DNA of 64,000 nucleotides from Bdellovibrionales bacterium (GTDB lineage Bacteria; Bdellovibrionota; Bdellovibrionia; Bdellovibrionales; UBA1609): NCBI GenBank assembly GCA_965116175.1, contig OZ220490.1, positions 1,283,548 to 1,347,547 of the forward strand, read 5' to 3'. Shown piece by piece: positions 60,401 to 64,000 of this stretch (position 1 is its first letter; each line of letters starts with the position of its first letter). The notes under the pieces were generated by a model. It saw only the letters and a program-made list of their open reading frames with translations, ran no database searches and was not told where the DNA came from. The position numbers and the translations under genes were made by a program.

Positions 60401-60538
60401 CGTTGTGATAACAACTCTGGCAAAATCCACAAGAGGAATGGATTCCCTTTTAAGATCTAAAAGCCCCCGTGTCCCTAAAAAGACAAAAGCCAAACTGACT
60501 AAAAGAACAAGACGGGAGTTGGAAAGAAAAAACTTCAT
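57458..60538 (-). CDS. RND efflux transporter, AcrB/AcrD/AcrF family
   Basis: 1026 aa with the typical 12-TM layout and two large periplasmic loops. Its start overlaps the upstream OMF gene by 4 nt. Confidence 0.9.
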   Translation of the reverse strand: MKFFLSNSRLVLLVSLAFVFLGTRGLLDLKRESIPLVDFARVVITTVYPGSSSAEVEELVTAKIEDEIRSVDHLKDVHSISQPGLSLISIRIDIDNADTTKVVNKMHQTLQNVQGLPPEILDPPKLVHIESNNEKPVINLMISGPDNNRQRDKISWDLKTRLEKIPGVSDIVLSNYKKRELVVLLSQEKMERHYISSIDVLSALEQRKMDTPAGYLESNITRKLVRVPSKPRTVKDLENTIIRSNFSGRKIFLKDIAKVIDGHEKETEKEYFYKSKKEKSYSLSPVTSLSIMKTVKADTITLIENVKEAVEKFNRNLNKEYKALVGFDEGKNTKNRLAVVINNALTGLFLVFIVFFLFLPFRVGFMVSFSLPLSVLGTFALLPFLDVSFNAITMLAFVICIGMLIDNSVVIAEYYSRLITEKEISPQSAAFQSVQQFAKPITATVFTTIAAFLPMLVTTGVMGQFVKWIPIVVTTALLISLFESFYLLPNRLQWLSPKKPGRHQFVLLNLISQIEDMFERFIKKTVARKYISLGFITLLIVLTALVFFIKSRVDLFVPKSPEFYTAFIEPKANAPLSVTDEKTKQVASRMRSVFGGDKAIAWMSVQINHREGRILLRVKPSILRKLKYKNILNELRKTDKGDLKTLKFNTLTGGPPVGESLKVAIQSGNRKQIRKFIDEIFPEIEKIHGLVNLKIHPDRETGREYKVYIDPETLARLGLNYQAVGMTLRTALEGQIITELIENNESFFIRVKHDEDYISSLDNIKKIKIKELFGRLIPLSEVAEIQEIQTEPDKKKYNFEPVVFLEAGINPKETTSLELNIKAKKIIEEKIKHHPSLTFKMIGEKETTDEALRSLFNAFFIALFAIFIILIFLFKSFLLSFLILSCIPLGLIGVVWAFFLHQRALDFFAFVGVVGLAGVVVNSAIILISFILNSKKENPHKSLQDIVVQSSKLRFRPIMITNLTTLGGLLPTAYGIAGFEPLLMPMTLALFWGLVTATLLTLVWVPCAVLVIEDGKKLFSLFKNGW

Positions 60539-61995
60539 GGTTTTAAGTAGTCCTCCACAAGCTTATCTCTAAAAGCTAAAAACTGTAGATTGAGAAGAGC
60601 ATATTCACTTAAAGCGGCTTTTTTCCTGATTTCGGATTCCCTAAGCTTTCTCTCTGTATGAATAAGCTCAAAAATATCCACCCTGCCCTGCTCAAAGGAT
60701 TTTTGGAGTTCTCTAAAAGCTTTTTTTTGATAGCTATTGGATTTTCTGGTTCGGTTGACATTATTATAACTTATTTCAACTTCCTTTTCCAAACCGGCCA
60801 ACTTGTTTTTGAGTTCCTGTTTTAAAATGTTAAAATCAATCTTATCCTCCTCCAACTTATATTTTTCCTGATTAACTCTTTCATAAAAAGACTTTGAAAA
60901 AATAATCCATTTTACCCCCAAGCCAAATTCATAAAAAGACTGTTTTGAAGAAAACGACAGGTTTCCAGGAGAAGAAGCGCCAGGTATAACCCCCCCTTTT
61001 CCTGAAAGTTGGAGATGGGGAAATAACTCCACCCGTCTGGATTTCAGCTTGAACTCCTGTTCTGTAATTTGCTGTTCTTTTATTTTCATCATTCGTGTGT
61101 TTTCTATATTGATTTTTGAAAACTGAGGGGGAGGGGCGGATCTGACTTCTTTAAACTGTATGTCATATAAATCAGAATCTTTTTCTAAAAAGAGAAAAAG
61201 AGCCTTTTTCTCATTTTCATAATTTTGTTTTTCCTTATCAACAGACTGTTTAATATTTTCATATTCAGCTAAAATCTGTGGTCTCTCTCCAGGTTTTAAA
61301 AACCCATATCTTTTTTTACTGTTAATCTGCCGGACAAGCCGACGATAAACCTTCAAACCCTCTTTGCTCTGGGAATAAGCCTCCCAAGCCAGATAAGTTT
61401 TCCAATATTGCCCGGCGGCTTTTAAAGCCAGCTCTTCTGCCATTTCATAGTAAAGCCAATCATTAGCTGTTTCCCCCTGTTTAATGGTTTCTAATATCCA
61501 ATACTGGGTTAAGCCTGATGTAAGATCAGCATTCAATTCTATGTTTAAATTTCTTCTATAAATTTGCTCAGGAGCTTCAGCCAATTTTAAAAACTCAGAA
61601 TTGGTTTTGTCTTCAAAAAAATCTGAATAGGCAGACTGTAAACTTAAGCCATAAGGGATTTTTTTCTCAAAACCAATACTAAAGTTTCTTGTTTTATTTT
61701 CCCGGCTTTCAAAAACAAAAATTTGGGGATTTTTCCTTTGAGAGTGACTGAATTTTGAAAAGACTCCCCAGGTGGAAAAAGAATGTTTTTTTTCCAAAAG
61801 CTGTGAGAGTTTTTTTTGTTTGGTAAATTGTATTTTTTTGATAAAAGGGCTGGAGGACAAAACCATTTTTAAAACTTCCTGCTCGGAAAGAAGCAGCATT
61901 TTTTTACCAGCCCCATAAATAGGCTGAGTTGTCCAAAAAAGAATGATTAATGTTAATGAGAACCAAATAAAAGTCTTAATCAGGTTAAAATTCAT
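60535..61995 (-). CDS. TolC-like outer membrane efflux protein
   Basis: The ATG at 61995 gives the signal-like MNFNLIKTFIWFSLTLIILF. Two OEP-type coiled-coil/beta repeats and a typical C-terminal GRVDIFELIHTERKLRESEIRKKAALSEY. Confidence 0.75.
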   Translation of the reverse strand: MNFNLIKTFIWFSLTLIILFWTTQPIYGAGKKMLLLSEQEVLKMVLSSSPFIKKIQFTKQKKLSQLLEKKHSFSTWGVFSKFSHSQRKNPQIFVFESRENKTRNFSIGFEKKIPYGLSLQSAYSDFFEDKTNSEFLKLAEAPEQIYRRNLNIELNADLTSGLTQYWILETIKQGETANDWLYYEMAEELALKAAGQYWKTYLAWEAYSQSKEGLKVYRRLVRQINSKKRYGFLKPGERPQILAEYENIKQSVDKEKQNYENEKKALFLFLEKDSDLYDIQFKEVRSAPPPQFSKINIENTRMMKIKEQQITEQEFKLKSRRVELFPHLQLSGKGGVIPGASSPGNLSFSSKQSFYEFGLGVKWIIFSKSFYERVNQEKYKLEEDKIDFNILKQELKNKLAGLEKEVEISYNNVNRTRKSNSYQKKAFRELQKSFEQGRVDIFELIHTERKLRESEIRKKAALSEYALLNLQFLAFRDKLVEDYLKP

Positions 61996-62178
61996 AAAGT
62001 AAAATTTATCAAACTTTCCTATACAAAACAAGATTTAAACAAACCTACAAAATGAAAGCTTGGTTTCTAAATCAATAAAAAATTAAAACAGATTTTTTAT
62101 CTTGTATGCTTTTAAACAACTGTGCTAAATAATTTTACAAATGACACCCTTTTAAATATAAAAAACAGCTTAATATTT

Positions 62179-62823
62179 ATGAAAACTCTAACAAATTATA
62201 ACATAAGAGATAAAAATCTCCTTAGGCAAGCTCTTACTCATAAGAGTTGGACAAAGAGCAAAGATAATAATGAAACCTTAGAGTTTTTAGGCGATGCTGT
62301 TTTAAACCTTGTTATTGCCGATCTATTGATGAAAAAATATCCTCAGGCTAATGAGGGCGATCTGACAAAAAAACGAAGTCAGCTTGTGAGCGGTCAAAGC
62401 CTTGCCAAATTGGCTATGGAGTTAGGTCTTCCAGACCATTTAAGAACAGGGGCTAAGTCCTATAAAAATAATCATCGCATCCTTGCCGGCGCTCTGGAAG
62501 CCTGTATTGGAGCTTTTTACCTGGAAAACAAATTTCCTTTGGTTAAGAAAAAAATAGAAAGTCTTTTTAAAGATGTAATAAACCAGGATTTGCCGGAATT
62601 GAACTATAAATCCCTCTTACAAGAATGGTGTCAAAAAAAATACAAAGAAGTCCCTTTATATAAATTACAAAAAACAAAGGGTTTGGATCATCAAAAAACT
62701 TTTTTTGTGGATGTTTTTATTAAAAATAAATGCTATGGGACAAGTTCAAGCCGGCAAAAAAAACAAGCTGAACAATCCGCGGCCTATCAGGCTCTTAAAA
62801 AGTTGAAAATCCCCTTGCAATAA
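62179..62823 (+). CDS. rnc: ribonuclease III
   Basis: Signature ETLEFLGDAVLNLVIADLL and a C-terminal dsRBD (YKSLLQEWCQKK...AEQSAAYQALKKL). ATG at 62179. Confidence 0.92.
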   Translation: MKTLTNYNIRDKNLLRQALTHKSWTKSKDNNETLEFLGDAVLNLVIADLLMKKYPQANEGDLTKKRSQLVSGQSLAKLAMELGLPDHLRTGAKSYKNNHRILAGALEACIGAFYLENKFPLVKKKIESLFKDVINQDLPELNYKSLLQEWCQKKYKEVPLYKLQKTKGLDHQKTFFVDVFIKNKCYGTSSSRQKKQAEQSAAYQALKKLKIPLQ

Positions 62824-63100
62824 AGTATGTTGACTTTATTTGAAAATAGAGTTTTCTTAACTTTTTAAAACTGATGGATACTTACCTTTCAAGTTATACT
62901 ACTCTGATTTGGAACTTGAGGGTTTTCAAAAATGAAAGAATATATCACTACCTCCATTAGAGTAAGGAGGTCAAAAGTTCAGACAAGATCAGTATAAAAT
63001 GCAAATTCAAAAACAAGACAAGCATAAAAGCAGCATTTTTCTTAATAATGGCTGTATATCATATTATGATGTAAACTGACTTATAAAAGGTGGAGTTTAT

Positions 63101-64000
63101 ATGAAAGTTCTTATTATCGGGCGGACCAATGTTGGCAAGTCCTCTCTTTTTAATCGTTTAATCAGGAAAAAGAAATCTCTTGTTATTAATGAGTCAGGGA
63201 TTACAAGAGATTTATTAAAAGACAAAGCGGAATGGTGGGAGCATGAGTTTGAGGTTATAGACTCAGGAGGCTTTCCCGACAGCCATGAAAAGGATGAATT
63301 GTCTTTAAAAATTTTAGAAAAAATAAAAACTGCGGTTAATCAGGCAGATGTGTTTATTGTGATTGTAGATGGGAAAGCAGGCTTGCACTCCAAAGATGCT
63401 GATGTTGTTCATACAGTCAGAAAAACTGGAAAACCCTTTCTCCTGTTTGTTAATAAAGTAGATCATCCTGAAAAAACAAATCTCCTTACAGCTCCTTTTT
63501 ATAAGCTAAGCTCTTATTTTTTATCCGGCTCTTTTGAAAATAATTATGGTGTGGATGAAATTGTGGAATGGATAATTTCTCAAAAAAAGCAAAAAGAAAA
63601 AGACAGTCTTTCTTCAAAAAACTTCTCTCAAAAACAGGAAGAGCTTATACATCTTTTTGTAATAGGCCGGGCAAACAGCGGGAAAAGCCTGCTTTGCAAT
63701 CAGATTCTACAAGAGGATCGAATGATTGTCTCTTCAAAATCCGGAACCACATTGGACACTGTAACAGATTTTTTTTCATACAATGAAACGGACTACTCCA
63801 TTTCAGACAACCCTGGATCACGCAGAGGCAACCGGGAAAAGAGGGAAAAAATTTCTTTCGCAAAAAGCCGATCAAAGTTGGAACAAGCAGACATTGCCTT
63901 ACTTGTCCTGGATGCCTGTCTTGGCCCCAGCCGGCAGGATGCCCGTCTCGTTCAACTCTGCCTTGAAAATCGAAAACCGGTCATCCTTGTTGCCAATAAA
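63101..64000 (+). CDS. der: GTPase Der/EngA (3' end outside the window)
   Basis: Not in the ORF track because there is no stop within the window. MKVLIIGRTNVGKSSLFNRL is the first G domain; LFVIGRANSGKSLLCNQI...SGTTLDTV is the second. Confidence 0.9.
   Translation, partial: MKVLIIGRTNVGKSSLFNRLIRKKKSLVINESGITRDLLKDKAEWWEHEFEVIDSGGFPDSHEKDELSLKILEKIKTAVNQADVFIVIVDGKAGLHSKDADVVHTVRKTGKPFLLFVNKVDHPEKTNLLTAPFYKLSSYFLSGSFENNYGVDEIVEWIISQKKQKEKDSLSSKNFSQKQEELIHLFVIGRANSGKSLLCNQILQEDRMIVSSKSGTTLDTVTDFFSYNETDYSISDNPGSRRGNREKREKISFAKSRSKLEQADIALLVLDACLGPSRQDARLVQLCLENRKPVILVANK

Noticed and set aside
63568-63875. Track ORFs 63568..63786 (+) and 63645..63875 (-)
   Set aside because: Both overlap the clearly recognisable der (EngA) reading frame, which is missing from the track only because it has no stop codon inside the window.
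1-64000. Alternative genetic code (UGA or UAG reassignment)
   Set aside because: All long conserved genes are intact and full-length under the standard code. Their ends coincide with normal stops, so no reassignment is needed.

Overview
AT-rich chromosomal segment of a diderm bacterium. TolB, a TolC-like outer-membrane factor, an RND pump and a beta-barrel OMP are present, together with RNase Y and a type-A RNase P RNA. The lineage cannot be determined from sequence alone; Bdellovibrionota/Oligoflexia-like is only a low-confidence guess. The standard genetic code fits all long ORFs.

Most of the window is housekeeping:
- Metabolism: acyl-CoA dehydrogenase plus an SDR, gcvP, maiA plus an FAH-family hydrolase, pdxH, sodB, ugd, an MtaD-like deaminase, a sugar nucleotidyltransferase.
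- DNA repair and RNA processing: ung, mpg, recO, mfd, rny, rnpB, rnc.
- Proteolysis, translation and transport: clpP-clpX-lon, dppBC-like permeases, a family-5 substrate-binding protein, tolB, tatA, rpsD, rpmE2, hisS, der, oligopeptidase B, and an OMF-RND pair.

No CRISPR array, tRNA or rRNA gene was found.

The non-ordinary part is a rearrangement hotspot with three components:
1. A 2.5-kb single-gene islet sits next to clpP. It encodes a 572-aa AlbA_2/Schlafen-like protein with a HATPase_c_4-like region. It is bracketed by about 142-bp direct repeats copied from the clpP 5' region and preceded by 89-bp tandem repeats.
2. An inverted segmental duplication (30.2-32.4 kb versus 41.2-44.5 kb) creates two paralogous secreted proteins that fuse a trypsin-like protease domain to Sel1 repeats, with 9 versus 4 repeats. 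The two arms flank an 8.8-kb housekeeping block (rpsD to recO). The breakpoints can be read at short-homology patches.
3. A graveyard of transposase fragments and MITE-like elements lies at 45.4-46.4 kb, with related remnants at 14.06, 37.4 and 39.6 kb.

I found no complete canonical defence, secretion or biosynthetic system. The best candidate for something new is recombination-driven variation of the protease-Sel1 paralogs, together with the promoter-capturing islet.
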